Position numbers and translations under genes: made by a program
The notes under the pieces: generated by a model
Seen by the model: only the letters and a program-made list of their open reading frames with translations
Database searches by the model: none
Told to the model about the DNA's origin: nothing
NCBI GenBank assembly: GCA_037924335.1
Contig: JAXSMZ010000002.1
Span: 70,338 to 134,337, forward strand
DNA: 64,000 nt
Reading direction: 5' to 3'
Source: Aquificaceae bacterium
GTDB lineage: Bacteria > Aquificota > Aquificia > Aquificales > Aquificaceae
In this document: positions 20,065-30,557 of the stretch, piece by piece
Layout: every line of letters starts with the position of its first letter
Position numbering within the stretch: position 1 is the first letter of the stretch

Positions 20065-22107
20065 ATGAGGCTCTCCATAAAAGTGGAAGGTATGACATGC
20101 GTAAACTGTGCAAGGGGTATAGAGATAAACCTTAGAAGGCTAAAAGGTATAAAAGACGTACAAGTCTCCTTTGAACTTGGATACGTTTACGTAGAATTTG
20201 ACGAAAATATACTAAAGAAGGAGCAAATAAAGGAAGTCATAGAATCCCTTGGTTATAAAGTCTCTAAAAGTGAGTACGGAGAAAGATTGGACCTTTTTTT
20301 CCTTTTTACCTACATGATCCTCAGCATTCCACTCATACCTTTGATGTTCATTCATGAACCATGGAGTGTTTATGTTCAGTTTATCTTGGCATCCTTAGTT
20401 CAGATTTTTGGAGGATACGGATTTTATAGGTCAGCGTACTGGTCCTTGCTCTCTGGCGTTGGAAACATGGACCTACTTGTGGCCATTGGTAGCACATCAG
20501 CATATCTTTATAGCCTTTTTGGTATGTTAGGACTTCTGCATGTACACCCATTTTTTGAAACCCCAGCCTTGCTCATAACCTTTGTAAAGATAGGTAAGTA
20601 TTTGGAAAGCAAGGCAAAAGAAAAAGCCACAGAGTCACTGAGGGAGCTTTTTGGTTTGCAGACTAGAAAAGTAAGTGTTATGGAAAAGGGTAAGGAGGTT
20701 GAAAAGCCTGTTCAGGATGTTTTTGTTGGAGACATCATAGTTCTCAAGACTGGAGAGGTTGTCCCGTTAGATGTTGTTGTTTCTGAAGGAAGGCTTGAGG
20801 TGGACGAGTCTCTTATAACTGGTGAGAGCATTCCAGTTTTGAAAGATAGAGGGGAGAAGGTGCTTTCTGGAAGCTTTGTGATAAGTGGATACGCAAAGGC
20901 AAAGGTGGAAAAGAGGATTGGGAGTAGCTACGTATCTTTTCTTATGAGGCTTGTGGAGGATGCTTTAAAGAAAAAGCCAAAAGTGCAGAGGTTGGCCGAT
21001 AAGGTTTCTCATTACTTTGTACAGTTTGTAGTGGTTTTATCCATCGTTGTTTTTACCCTCTGGTATCTCAAGAGTGGGGACATTCAAAAGAGCTTTAGCT
21101 TTGGACTCTCCGTCCTTGTTGTATCGTGCCCTTGCGCTTTTGGTATAGCTGTACCCCTTTCCGTAACAGTAGGCCTTCTTAGAGCTTACAGAAAAGGTCT
21201 TCTGGTGAAAAATCCTGAGGTTTTCGAAAGACTGAGCGAGCTGAACCTTATAATCTTAGACAAGACAGGAACTCTGACGGAGGGAAAATATAAAGTTACA
21301 AAGGCTCAACTCGACAAAGAAGAACACATAAACTTAGCATACTCTCTATCAAAAGTCTCTAACCACCCCTACGCCAAAGCTATAAAAGAGTACTGCAAAG
21401 GGTTTGGAGCCAATGAAATGTCCCTGCACACATGCAAGGAGGTTCCGGGGAGAGGCATTTACTGCGATGAGTACTTCTTAGGTAATCCAAAGGAGATAGG
21501 GGTGGACTCTTCAAACTCAACGGTAGTCCTTGCAAAGGATGGAAAACTTCTAGCCTCCTTTCATATTCAAGATAGGGGTATATCGGAGGGAACATATCAA
21601 GCTGTGAACTACTTGAAAAAAAGAAACATAAAGGTAGTGATGGTAACTGGAGATAACGAAGATAGAGCTAAAGAAGTTGCAAATCTGCTGGGTATAGAGA
21701 GTTTTTATGCAAAAGTTAGCCCAGAAGGGAAGCTTGAACTGCTCGAGCTTTATCAAAAAGAGGGTTATAAGGTTGGTATGGTCGGGGATGGAATAAACGA
21801 CGCACCGAGCATGGCTAAAGCTTACGTCTCTTTTGCGGTTGGGTCTGGTGCAGATATAACTAAAAAGGTATGCGATATTGTCCTTCTCTCTGGCATAGAA
21901 GGGCTGAAGGATGCCTTTGAGCTTGGTGATAAAACATACAGGCGCATAAGACAGAACATCTTCTGGGCTTTGATCTATAACGTGCTTAGTATACCCATAG
22001 CTGGAGGTTTGCTATCTCTTTATGGCATAGCGTTAAAGCCTGAGATAGCCGGTCTTATGATGGCACTTTCATCTCTCAGTGTGGTACTAAATTCTGTCAG
22101 AAGATAA
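20065..22107 (+). CDS. copA: P1B-type heavy-metal (Cu) translocating ATPase
   Basis: GMTCVNC HMA, TGES, CPC, DKTGTLT, GDGINDAP, YN and MALSS motifs. Confidence 0.92.
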   Translation: MRLSIKVEGMTCVNCARGIEINLRRLKGIKDVQVSFELGYVYVEFDENILKKEQIKEVIESLGYKVSKSEYGERLDLFFLFTYMILSIPLIPLMFIHEPWSVYVQFILASLVQIFGGYGFYRSAYWSLLSGVGNMDLLVAIGSTSAYLYSLFGMLGLLHVHPFFETPALLITFVKIGKYLESKAKEKATESLRELFGLQTRKVSVMEKGKEVEKPVQDVFVGDIIVLKTGEVVPLDVVVSEGRLEVDESLITGESIPVLKDRGEKVLSGSFVISGYAKAKVEKRIGSSYVSFLMRLVEDALKKKPKVQRLADKVSHYFVQFVVVLSIVVFTLWYLKSGDIQKSFSFGLSVLVVSCPCAFGIAVPLSVTVGLLRAYRKGLLVKNPEVFERLSELNLIILDKTGTLTEGKYKVTKAQLDKEEHINLAYSLSKVSNHPYAKAIKEYCKGFGANEMSLHTCKEVPGRGIYCDEYFLGNPKEIGVDSSNSTVVLAKDGKLLASFHIQDRGISEGTYQAVNYLKKRNIKVVMVTGDNEDRAKEVANLLGIESFYAKVSPEGKLELLELYQKEGYKVGMVGDGINDAPSMAKAYVSFAVGSGADITKKVCDIVLLSGIEGLKDAFELGDKTYRRIRQNIFWALIYNVLSIPIAGGLLSLYGIALKPEIAGLMMALSSLSVVLNSVRR

Positions 22108-22152
22108 AAATTCATGTTATAATTTATAAACTCACTGCAGCAGGAGGTAAAT

Positions 22153-22389
22153 ATGGCTTTGAGGATAAGGCTTGCAAGGTTTGGAAGGACACATCATCCT
22201 ATATACAGGATAGTTGTGATGGATGCACGTTCACCAAGAGAAGGAAAGTACATAGATATACTTGGAACATACGACCCTATAAGGAGAGACCTGAGCATTA
22301 AAGAAGAAAAAGTAAAGGAATGGATATCAAAGGGTGCGAAGCTTACAGATCGCACAAAAAGCCTTTTCAAAAATGCAAAAATACTCTAA
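22153..22389 (+). CDS. rpsP: 30S ribosomal protein S16
   Basis: IRLARFG...YRIVV.D.RSPREG. Confidence 0.97.
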   Translation: MALRIRLARFGRTHHPIYRIVVMDARSPREGKYIDILGTYDPIRRDLSIKEEKVKEWISKGAKLTDRTKSLFKNAKIL

Positions 22390-22401
22390 AGGAGGTAAAG
22401 G

Positions 22402-22641
22402 ATGAGCCAGCTAAGGGATATTGTAGAAATAACTGCCAAGTCGCTTGTAGACAACCCAGAGAACGTGAACGTGGTCGAGATCGAAGGAGAAAAGACAGTT
22501 GTCATCGAGCTGAGGGTAAACCAGAAAGACCTGGGTAAAGTTATAGGTAAGCAGGGGAGGATAGCCAGGTCATTGAGAACCATACTCTCAGCTATGGGGA
22601 GGAGAACAAACAAAAGGGTGGTTCTTGAAATACTAGAGTAG
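22402..22641 (+). CDS. khpA: KH-domain RNA-binding protein
   Basis: DLGKVIGKQGRIA; follows rpsP. Confidence 0.93.
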   Translation: MSQLRDIVEITAKSLVDNPENVNVVEIEGEKTVVIELRVNQKDLGKVIGKQGRIARSLRTILSAMGRRTNKRVVLEILE

Positions 22642-22650
22642 GCTTCTTTT

Positions 22651-22666
22651 GGGGCTTTGCCCCTTT
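22651..22666. terminator. Short hairpin between convergent genes, possible intrinsic terminator
   Basis: GGGGC-TTT-GCCCC followed by TTT. Confidence 0.5.
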
Positions 22667-22670
22667 AATC

Positions 22671-25469
22671 TTAAAAACTACCACTCGTTCTATCGACTAT
22701 ATCCTTCACAATCTCCCTCTCCAGGGGTGAACTTATCTTTGGAATTATGGTGCTGAGGACTGATTCTTTAGCACTCCCAAACTTTTCAAGCCTTCTGGCA
22801 CATCTTATAGTATCCCTTATAGAGAAGACAAACTCCACTGGCTCCTCCGAAAGTTGCGATTGATAGGCCCTGTAGGCCTTCCTTATGGCGTTGGCTATGC
22901 TGAGAAGGTCAAACAAAAGCCGAACCATCCTCTCCCTTTCTGATGATAAAAGACTTGCACCTCTTTCTGTTTTCACGCCGTTGACCACGTAGTACCAAAG
23001 GTAAGTAAAGTCCTCCTTTGATAGGTCGTTTAGCCCTTTAATCTGGTCCTTGAGTATTATGGCCTCGTCCGGTTGGTAGAAGCTTCCATCTGACTCGAAG
23101 GGTGGGTAGTCTATGTAGAGGATGTCAGCCCTTGACTTTATATCCTGGGGAAGCTCAGAAACTCCCAAGTAGTTTTGTGGGTTCATACCACCCAAAAGTA
23201 TCACATCTCTCTCTGCTTTTATAACCTCCCCAGAAGATAGCACGAGGTATCTTCTGTAGTCAAAGAGAGGGTTAAACATCTTCACCAATGAAGGAGGAAG
23301 TGTGTTTATCTCATCGAAGTACACTATGGCACCGGGTGTCTGCAGAGCTTTTACAAGGTCTGAATAAACCTTCTTTGTTCCTCTTTTGGGGTCAAACTCG
23401 TACATGTACGTTAAGTCCTCTTTTTCCATCTTGGAGTTGCAAGGTATTATGTAAAGGGGTCTGTTTGTTAAGGCAGAAAATACCTCCACAAGGAAGTTTT
23501 TTCCAACGCCTGCATCACCTTCAAGTATGAGAATTCCCTCTCTGTAAAGGAGCTGCTCTTTGATAAGGGATGTAAACTTCTCCAAGTTTCGAACGAACCA
23601 AGGGGTCTCTTCGTAAGATACAAAGAGGGGAAGCCTATACTCCTGGTAAGAGAAAAGACCGTTTAGATGTCTAAGGTAGTTCTTTATCCATTTTGGTGGA
23701 TGTTGAAGCTCCTGAGCCCTTAGTATGTTTATGTACCTTTTGGGTTCTCTTAAAATCCCATCTTCCCTCTCAAAAAAGACCCTTACATAAACTTGCCCAT
23801 CTTGAAGGTACCTATCCTCTAAAGAGAGTTTCCAAAGGAATCTCCTTTTGCTACCGATGAATCTCTCAAACTCCTCCTTTCCAAAAACCACCCTTTCTTC
23901 GCTCACAACTATACGGTAGGTGTTTATTAAATTCTCGAGCAACCTCTCATGAACCATTCTGGAAAGCTCTTGGTTGGCGTAAAGCCTCATACTCTCAGGA
24001 AGATTTATAAACATTTCCTTTGTTTGCTTTATTTCGTCTATGCTCTCCATCTCGTCCGTACTTGAACCATGTGCATCCTTGAGCGCATGTCTTACCCTCT
24101 CAAGAGCACTTTTTATCTCTCTTTCAAAATGCTCCATGCAAGCATCCTTCAAGCTCTCCAGCAGTTCTTTTTCCCCTTGCTCTGAGTGCCTTATGCGTTC
24201 CTCTATGTGCTTTACGTCATCTCCAGTGAGCGTAGAGTTCTCCATTTTCTTCTTTACATTCTCCATAAAGAGGTGTAGCTTTTTTCTCCTTATATCTTCT
24301 TGAGCGTTGCTTATAAGTTCCCTTACCCTTTTTATTGGAGCATCGGAGAGTAAAAGCTCCCTGTACTCTTTCATGCTTTCGACCCCTTCTTCCGAGTTCA
24401 CAGCTTGAAGCTTTCTCTGAAACTGTGCATAAAGTTTTTCTGCGTTCTTTATGAATTGCCTTTGCCTCTCCTTTGGATAGTAAAAGTCCAAAAGGTTGGA
24501 GCCAAACTTGGCAAGGTAATAAAAGCTACTGCCTTCTACCTCCTTGCGTATGCATGTGTATATGCCCCCATCAGGACTTACCTTTACAAGGGAGTAGCCC
24601 AAACCTTCAAGAGTGGTAACGTGAGATATGCTCCTTAAATCGATCACATCAAGCTTGTTTTCCTGAGCATCTGCCACAAAAGCTATCCTACCATCTGGGG
24701 ATATATCCACACTGGCTGGATTTACCTGAATGTCTATCCTTCCTACCTCTTCGTAACGTTCAAGGTCATACAGGACTATCTGGTTTTCATCCCCAAAGAG
24801 GGCCATTTTATCAGTAAGGCAGAAGACTCCAGAGTAAGGTAGTCTCTTTATGAGATTCCCACCTATTCCGTAAATGCTGGATGCTTCTTTACCCCCAAGG
24901 AGCAACCTGTTGCCATCGATGAACCTTACATTTTTCACCTCACCCATGTTGGATTCTTTGTAGTCCAAGGTTCTAAGGCTGACTTCACCACCAAGGGTTA
25001 CAAGGTATAATCTCTCTCCTACAACACCAAAGACCAGAGTGCCATTTCTTATATCGAGTCCAGAGGAAGCTCTCATCCCTTCTTGAGATAGCTTGCTCAG
25101 CTTCCAACTGCTTGGCTTCTCTTTCTGTGTTATGCTGTAAATGATAACGGAAGGGGGCATAAGAAGTGCAAGGTAGTTGCCTCTAAAAAGTATATCTGTT
25201 ACGGTATGTGCTGGTGGTCTTGGTGGTAACTTATGAAGGGAGCCCTTCCAATCGTAAAGCTGTAGTATACCGTGCCTTCTTCCTACCAGTGTCCAGAAAC
25301 CGTCCTCTGAAATTCCAATGCTTTCGACCCAAAATTCCTCTATTCGTGTATCTCTGTCACTTTCTAAGTTTTCCTCCCAAAGTCTTAGCTCCTCATCCCC
25401 AAGCTGTATGACTGTATACTCTCTTCTTTGTTCCTTTTTCTTCTGTAGAATCCTCTGTAAAAAGCTCAT
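22671..25469 (-). CDS. Large AAA+ ATPase (MoxR/dynein-related) with N-terminal beta-propeller-like region and helical linker
   Basis: GDAGVGKN, YFDEINTL, GGMNP, FSIRD; N-terminal ISEDG/ISPDG/VSPDG repeats. Confidence 0.85.
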   Translation of the reverse strand: MSFLQRILQKKKEQRREYTVIQLGDEELRLWEENLESDRDTRIEEFWVESIGISEDGFWTLVGRRHGILQLYDWKGSLHKLPPRPPAHTVTDILFRGNYLALLMPPSVIIYSITQKEKPSSWKLSKLSQEGMRASSGLDIRNGTLVFGVVGERLYLVTLGGEVSLRTLDYKESNMGEVKNVRFIDGNRLLLGGKEASSIYGIGGNLIKRLPYSGVFCLTDKMALFGDENQIVLYDLERYEEVGRIDIQVNPASVDISPDGRIAFVADAQENKLDVIDLRSISHVTTLEGLGYSLVKVSPDGGIYTCIRKEVEGSSFYYLAKFGSNLLDFYYPKERQRQFIKNAEKLYAQFQRKLQAVNSEEGVESMKEYRELLLSDAPIKRVRELISNAQEDIRRKKLHLFMENVKKKMENSTLTGDDVKHIEERIRHSEQGEKELLESLKDACMEHFEREIKSALERVRHALKDAHGSSTDEMESIDEIKQTKEMFINLPESMRLYANQELSRMVHERLLENLINTYRIVVSEERVVFGKEEFERFIGSKRRFLWKLSLEDRYLQDGQVYVRVFFEREDGILREPKRYINILRAQELQHPPKWIKNYLRHLNGLFSYQEYRLPLFVSYEETPWFVRNLEKFTSLIKEQLLYREGILILEGDAGVGKNFLVEVFSALTNRPLYIIPCNSKMEKEDLTYMYEFDPKRGTKKVYSDLVKALQTPGAIVYFDEINTLPPSLVKMFNPLFDYRRYLVLSSGEVIKAERDVILLGGMNPQNYLGVSELPQDIKSRADILYIDYPPFESDGSFYQPDEAIILKDQIKGLNDLSKEDFTYLWYYVVNGVKTERGASLLSSERERMVRLLFDLLSIANAIRKAYRAYQSQLSEEPVEFVFSIRDTIRCARRLEKFGSAKESVLSTIIPKISSPLEREIVKDIVDRTSGSF

Positions 25470-25514
25470 GGTATAATCATAGGTTATAAGATCCACCAAA
25501 TAGTATGATATTTC

Positions 25515-25946
25515 TTAGCATAGTTTCTCTGGAATGTAAAGATAACCTAAGACTGCTCCCCATATCACGTGGAGCAAGAATAAAGATACATGAAAGCTGT
25601 AAGAGGAGTAAATTAAAGACCTCATAAAAGTAGCTCCACCTTGAGAGGTTAAGAAGGCAAATAGTATAACGCATACATGCCAGATCACTCCAAACACTAA
25701 TCCTTTTTTCAGTCCCGAAGTCCCAGGCAACATGCTGTAAACCTTTGGGTTTACAAAAACAAGAGACAGTATGGAAGAGTTTATCGTATGTCCAATAACT
25801 ACAGCAAGACCTTCAAAGCCCTCAAACATTCCAAAATGCCTTACTATATCTTCGTACTTTACATAAGTACCAAAGAGTCCAAGGAACCCATCCAACATAA
25901 TGTCTATACCCATCATCACGTATCCAGCAACAAAGGAAGAGAACAA
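25515..25946 (-). CDS. Hypothetical 4-TM membrane protein
   Basis: Four hydrophobic segments with intramembrane His; start uncertain. Confidence 0.7.
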   Translation of the reverse strand: MFSSFVAGYVMMGIDIMLDGFLGLFGTYVKYEDIVRHFGMFEGFEGLAVVIGHTINSSILSLVFVNPKVYSMLPGTSGLKKGLVFGVIWHVCVILFAFLTSQGGATFMRSLIYSSYSFHVSLFLLHVIWGAVLGYLYIPEKLC

Positions 25947-25968
25947 ATAACTCCAGAAATTTACTCCT

Positions 25969-26385
25969 TTAACTACCCCAAGGTACTTTTACACCTCCAT
26001 GCTTCTCGGAGAGAAGATTATCAAGGATCAGTTTTGCTTGATGTTGCACGATAGGGTATCTATGACGTGTGAGTTTTTGAAGAAGACTTAGAATCTCAGG
26101 GATTTTCATCAAGGCAAGAGCCTTGACCATCTCTACAAGAACCATGGGATTTTCTTCTTCTTCCATGATCTTCTCTATGTCTGGCAGAGCATTATAAAGG
26201 TTCTTCTTAACTATGGTATAAAAAACAGACAGCTTCACTTCTCTTATTGGATGCCTAAGGCCCATTACTAACTTTTTCTCATAAGGTAATCTGTGGAAAA
26301 GTGTAAGATCGTACCCGCAGTGCGGACACTTTTTGTCTTCCTCAGACACCGTATGCCAACAGTTCGGACAGAAGTAAGTGATCAT
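25969..26385 (-). CDS. Zinc-ribbon plus HEAT-repeat protein
   Basis: CPNC...CPHCG, then amphipathic helical repeats. Confidence 0.75.
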   Translation of the reverse strand: MITYFCPNCWHTVSEEDKKCPHCGYDLTLFHRLPYEKKLVMGLRHPIREVKLSVFYTIVKKNLYNALPDIEKIMEEEENPMVLVEMVKALALMKIPEILSLLQKLTRHRYPIVQHQAKLILDNLLSEKHGGVKVPWGS

Positions 26386-26469
26386 ACCCAAAGTTTAATA
26401 TATACGCTGGGTGAGAACATCTCAACTACTTCATAAGAAGGTTCTTTATTATCTCAGCAACCACATCTA

Positions 26470-28161
26470 TCAAGATGATCCGGACAGATACTTTTTGACC
26501 TCCTGCTTCAAACTTGGGTTTATGCCTAACCTTTTGAGCCTTTGCTCGTCAGCTTCCAAAAACTCGTATAGGTTCTCAAAATTTCTGTATATTAGCTTTC
26601 TTTTTACTTCACCTATACCTTTTATATGACTAAGAACGTCCTTCATTCCTTCCTTGAGCCTAAGGGACCTGTTGTAAGCAAGGGCAAACCTGTGAGCCTC
26701 ATCCCTTATCAGTCCAAATACCCTGTAGAGAAGCAGGTTATCCTTTAAAGACACCTCCATACCCTTTTCGCTCAGAAGCATCTCCTTCTCCTTTGCAAGG
26801 GCAAAGACATGAATGGGAAGTCCAAACTCTCTTTTTATGCTCACGGCAACATTGAGCTGCGCATAGCCTCCGTCAATAAGCCATGCATCGGGCATAACCT
26901 CATCCTTGTACCTTAGCCTCTTGGCACGCCTTGTGAGAACCTCTCTAAGGGATGAATAATCATCCATCATCTTTGAGCTTTTTATTCTGTACCTTCTGTA
27001 TCCTCTTTTGTCCATAATGCCTCCTTTCCAGACTACGCACGAGCCAACTGTATACTCTCCGTAAAAGTGGGATACATCAAAACCTTCAATGACCTTAGGC
27101 ATTGGTACATGGAGTTTTCTCATAAACTCCTCTTCTAAAGCTTTCAGGTCTATGTGATGTCCTACGTTCTTCCTTATTATGTCCTCAATCTCTCTGTCTA
27201 TTTTTATTAAAAACTCTGGATTTCCCCTCTTCTTTAGCCACTCTTTTACATCATCAGAGAGTTCAAAGTTGGTTATAACTCTCTCGCTCAGAGGGTTTGC
27301 ATAGTAAAAGCCAAGAAGTACCTCTTCCCTCTCTTCTTCTCTCTCTAAGTATACTATCTGTTTATCAACAAGTTTTGATGTTCTTATAAGAAAGATACCG
27401 AGCATTTTACCAACTGAGTAAAAGATGTCTCCATGCCTGAGAGGTATGCCAGAGACCTTCTGACCCTTTGCAAGGTTTTCCAAAGCATATATCTGGTCCC
27501 TTATCTGGGCGCATTTTTCAAACTGTAAGTTCGATGAGTACTCCTCTATAGCCATATAGAGCTCCTCCAGTACGCTTGAGACATCTCCAGAGAGCAAAGA
27601 CATGGCAGACCTCACAGCAAGGTTGTATTCCCTCTTTGATATGTAGCCACAGCATGGGGCGGAGCATAGTCCCAAGTGGTAATCCATGCATGGTTCTCTT
27701 CTTATGGGCATAGGGTCGCACGTTCTGATCTTAAACAGTTTGTGGATGAGCTTTTTTATCTTCCTTGCCTTTCCCACGCTAAAGAATGGACCAAAAGCCT
27801 TCTCCTGCAAGTCCTTTCCCCTTGACACCTTAACAGTGGGATAATCTTCTCCTGTTATTACAAGCAGGGGATAGCCGCTACCGTATTTGTGTAGCACGTT
27901 ATATTTTGGCTTGTGAAGCTGTATAAGGTCTATCTCTAAGGTGAGAGCTTCAAACTCATTCCTTGTGAGTATCCACTCAACGCTGTCAGAGCCCTTTATA
28001 ATGCTTCTCTCCTTGTTATCTTTTTCCATCTGCCTGAAGTGCTGAAGGAGTCTGTCTTTTATGTTTTTTGCCTTCCCTACGTAAAGCACCCTGCTCGTCT
28101 TCTTAAAAAGGTAAACACCAACTTTCTCAGGAGCCGTCTGGATAACTTCCAAAGATATCAT
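26470..28161 (-). CDS. uvrC: Excinuclease ABC subunit C
   Basis: GVY/YVGKAKN GIY-YIG, IEGFDVSH, IDGG, RDEAHRFA, HhH. Confidence 0.97.
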   Translation of the reverse strand: MISLEVIQTAPEKVGVYLFKKTSRVLYVGKAKNIKDRLLQHFRQMEKDNKERSIIKGSDSVEWILTRNEFEALTLEIDLIQLHKPKYNVLHKYGSGYPLLVITGEDYPTVKVSRGKDLQEKAFGPFFSVGKARKIKKLIHKLFKIRTCDPMPIRREPCMDYHLGLCSAPCCGYISKREYNLAVRSAMSLLSGDVSSVLEELYMAIEEYSSNLQFEKCAQIRDQIYALENLAKGQKVSGIPLRHGDIFYSVGKMLGIFLIRTSKLVDKQIVYLEREEEREEVLLGFYYANPLSERVITNFELSDDVKEWLKKRGNPEFLIKIDREIEDIIRKNVGHHIDLKALEEEFMRKLHVPMPKVIEGFDVSHFYGEYTVGSCVVWKGGIMDKRGYRRYRIKSSKMMDDYSSLREVLTRRAKRLRYKDEVMPDAWLIDGGYAQLNVAVSIKREFGLPIHVFALAKEKEMLLSEKGMEVSLKDNLLLYRVFGLIRDEAHRFALAYNRSLRLKEGMKDVLSHIKGIGEVKRKLIYRNFENLYEFLEADEQRLKRLGINPSLKQEVKKYLSGSS

Positions 28162-28175
28162 CTTTACACAAGTTA

Positions 28176-29498
28176 TTAATCTAACCCGCTTTTAGAACCT
28201 ATCAAAGATAAAGCTCTGTCCATCTCCTCCCTTTTCCTCTTTTCCGTTACTGCTATAAGGAGAGTGTCCCTGTAACCCCATCTTTCCAAGGATACTCCAA
28301 AGAGAAAGCCATGGTCTAAGAGCTCTTTACGTATACGGTTGGCTCTGGGGTGCTTGAGGGGAAATTCCCACAAGTGCTTACCGCTGAAGACATCTTCAAA
28401 ACCTAACTCTAATAGTTTACTCTTTAGATAAAGGGCCTTTGATATACTCTGATGAGCAACCTCTCTGATACCTTCTTTCCCCAAAAGAACCATGTAAATG
28501 GCGTTGGCAATAACCATCAAGTTTTGATTGGTACAGATGTTTGATGTGGCTTTCTCCCTTCTTATGTGCTGCTCCCTTGTTTGAAGCACTAAGGTGAAAG
28601 CCCTTCTTCCCTCAATGTCTTCGCCAAGACCAGTGACCCTTCCAGGCATCTTCCTTACGTACTCTTTCTTTGTTGCAAAAAAGCCTGCGTAAGGACCGCC
28701 AAAGCTCAAGGGTATACCGAGCTGTTGCCCTTCTCCAACAACTATGTCTGCTCCAAATTCACCTGGAGGCTTTAGAAGAGCAAGAGCTATTGGGTCTGCC
28801 ACAACTACAAAGAGAACAGACCTCTCTTTTGCAAGCTTGCCTATTTCTGTAAGGGGCTCAACAAAACCTAAGAAGTTGGGATACTGAACAGCTATAGCAT
28901 AAGCGTCATCCAAGCTCTTCTCAAGAATATTCAGGTCAGTATACCCATCATGGTATAAGGGAACCGTTAGAATTTCATCCTTATGCCCCATAAGATAGGT
29001 GTGCACAACGCTCTTGTAGAAGGGATGCACACCTTCTGAAAGTACAACCCTTTTTCCACTCCCCTTTATAGACCTTGCCATGAGTATAGCCTCTGCTAAG
29101 GCTGATGCACCATCGTAAACACCGGCGCTTGCTACATCCATACCAGTAAGCTGACAGATTAGCGTTTGGTATTCAAAAAGGGCTTGAAGAGTTCCCTGTG
29201 ATGCTTCAGCTTGGTAAGGAGTGTAAGATGTTAAAAACTCCCCCCTGTTTAGGATCTGCCATATGGCGGATGGCACTATCCTATCGTAGGCTCCAAAGCC
29301 AGCAAAGGTTATCAATACCCTGTTCTTTGAGGAGATCTTTCTAAAGGTTTCTCTTATCTCCTCCTCAGATAGGGGTAGGTCAAGCTTTGGAGGTATTAGC
29401 AAGCCTTTTTCTATATGTGAAAAGAGGTCCTCAAGGGAAGAAAGGCCTAAGCTTTTGAGTATTTCCTTTACTTCTTCATCCGAATGGGGAATGTACAT
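28176..29498 (-). CDS. gcvPA: Glycine dehydrogenase subunit 1
   Basis: TSYTPYQAEASQGTLQ, TREQHIRREKATSNICTNQ. Confidence 0.96.
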   Translation of the reverse strand: MYIPHSDEEVKEILKSLGLSSLEDLFSHIEKGLLIPPKLDLPLSEEEIRETFRKISSKNRVLITFAGFGAYDRIVPSAIWQILNRGEFLTSYTPYQAEASQGTLQALFEYQTLICQLTGMDVASAGVYDGASALAEAILMARSIKGSGKRVVLSEGVHPFYKSVVHTYLMGHKDEILTVPLYHDGYTDLNILEKSLDDAYAIAVQYPNFLGFVEPLTEIGKLAKERSVLFVVVADPIALALLKPPGEFGADIVVGEGQQLGIPLSFGGPYAGFFATKKEYVRKMPGRVTGLGEDIEGRRAFTLVLQTREQHIRREKATSNICTNQNLMVIANAIYMVLLGKEGIREVAHQSISKALYLKSKLLELGFEDVFSGKHLWEFPLKHPRANRIRKELLDHGFLFGVSLERWGYRDTLLIAVTEKRKREEMDRALSLIGSKSGLD

Positions 29499-30019
29499 TA
29501 TTTCTCTCTTTCCTCATAACCGAGCTCTTCTTCCGGTAGCGATTCAATGGACTCTTCGTAAGATGGTGTTATCTCCTCTTCCAAAAGCACCTCTTCTCCC
29601 TTCTCGTCTTTTATAACTTCAACTAGAAGCTCCGCATAATCCTGCGCTGGCATCAGGTCTTCTATCTCTATTGGGTCTGATATCTCTATAACGGCTATCC
29701 ATCCATCATCGTAAGGGGACTCATTTATAAGGTGAGGCTCATCAACAAGCTGTTCATTTACCTCCACAACAGTTCCAGATAGCGGGGAGTAAACTGGGGA
29801 AATGTTCTTAACAGATTCTATGTTTGCCATGGTGTCCGCACTTTCAAAGCTCTGTCCTACAGAGGGCAAATCCACATAGACTATATCCCCAAGCTCCTTC
29901 TGAGCATAGTCCGTTATTCCTACCCAGGCTCTGTTACCCTTAACAAGCACCCACTCATGCTCTTTTGTGTAATACCTATCCGTCCTAACTGTATACTTAC
30001 CTACAGTTATCTCATCCAT
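29498..30019 (-). CDS. gcvH: Glycine cleavage H protein with acidic C-terminal extension
   Basis: YTKEHEW, GITDYAQKELGDIV, IESVK lipoyl Lys, NESPYDDGW. Confidence 0.94.
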   Translation of the reverse strand: MDEITVGKYTVRTDRYYTKEHEWVLVKGNRAWVGITDYAQKELGDIVYVDLPSVGQSFESADTMANIESVKNISPVYSPLSGTVVEVNEQLVDEPHLINESPYDDGWIAVIEISDPIEIEDLMPAQDYAELLVEVIKDEKGEEVLLEEEITPSYEESIESLPEEELGYEEREK

Positions 30020-30512
30020 TTTCCAAACCTCCTAAAACTTCATAATCTATTCCATAATCTTCCTTTACCAACCTCATAACTTCTAAGAAGTCTCTCTCTT
30101 CGCTTAAAAACCTTTCCATTGTTCTGATCACATAATCCAAGTCTATAAGCTTTATCATCGCTATCCCTTTCCAACCAATCTCAGCAACGGATAGTATGTT
30201 CTTCCTCCTCTGACTTATAAATTTTATTATCTTCTCTTTTGTAGGCAATTCTTTACCGTCAAGGACAAGAACGTCGTTGCCCCTTAGCTTCCTAAAGCCT
30301 TTGTATATGCCATAGAATAGAGTATCCTTGTCATTTTTTATAAATACAAGGTCGGGGAATTTATCGATGAAGTTTTTCATCTCAGAAGTTATGACAGCAT
30401 ACAAACTGTCCGGTCCTATTAGCTTTTTCAGGAGTTTTATATTCTCCTCAAGCCTGCCAACAAAATCTTTATCCCCAAGCAGTTTTGAGTAAAGCACTAT
30501 CAGAACTCTCAT
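30012..30512 (-). CDS. Hypothetical protein (possibly degenerate NTP-transferase/GT-A-like fold)
   Basis: 166-aa ORF overlapping the gcvH start; alpha/beta pattern with NDVLVLDG. Confidence 0.65.
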   Translation of the reverse strand: MRVLIVLYSKLLGDKDFVGRLEENIKLLKKLIGPDSLYAVITSEMKNFIDKFPDLVFIKNDKDTLFYGIYKGFRKLRGNDVLVLDGKELPTKEKIIKFISQRRKNILSVAEIGWKGIAMIKLIDLDYVIRTMERFLSEERDFLEVMRLVKEDYGIDYEVLGGLENG

Positions 30513-30557
30513 AAGTTGTATAATATTATAAAGCTTTTTACTTCTGTGGAGGTTGAA

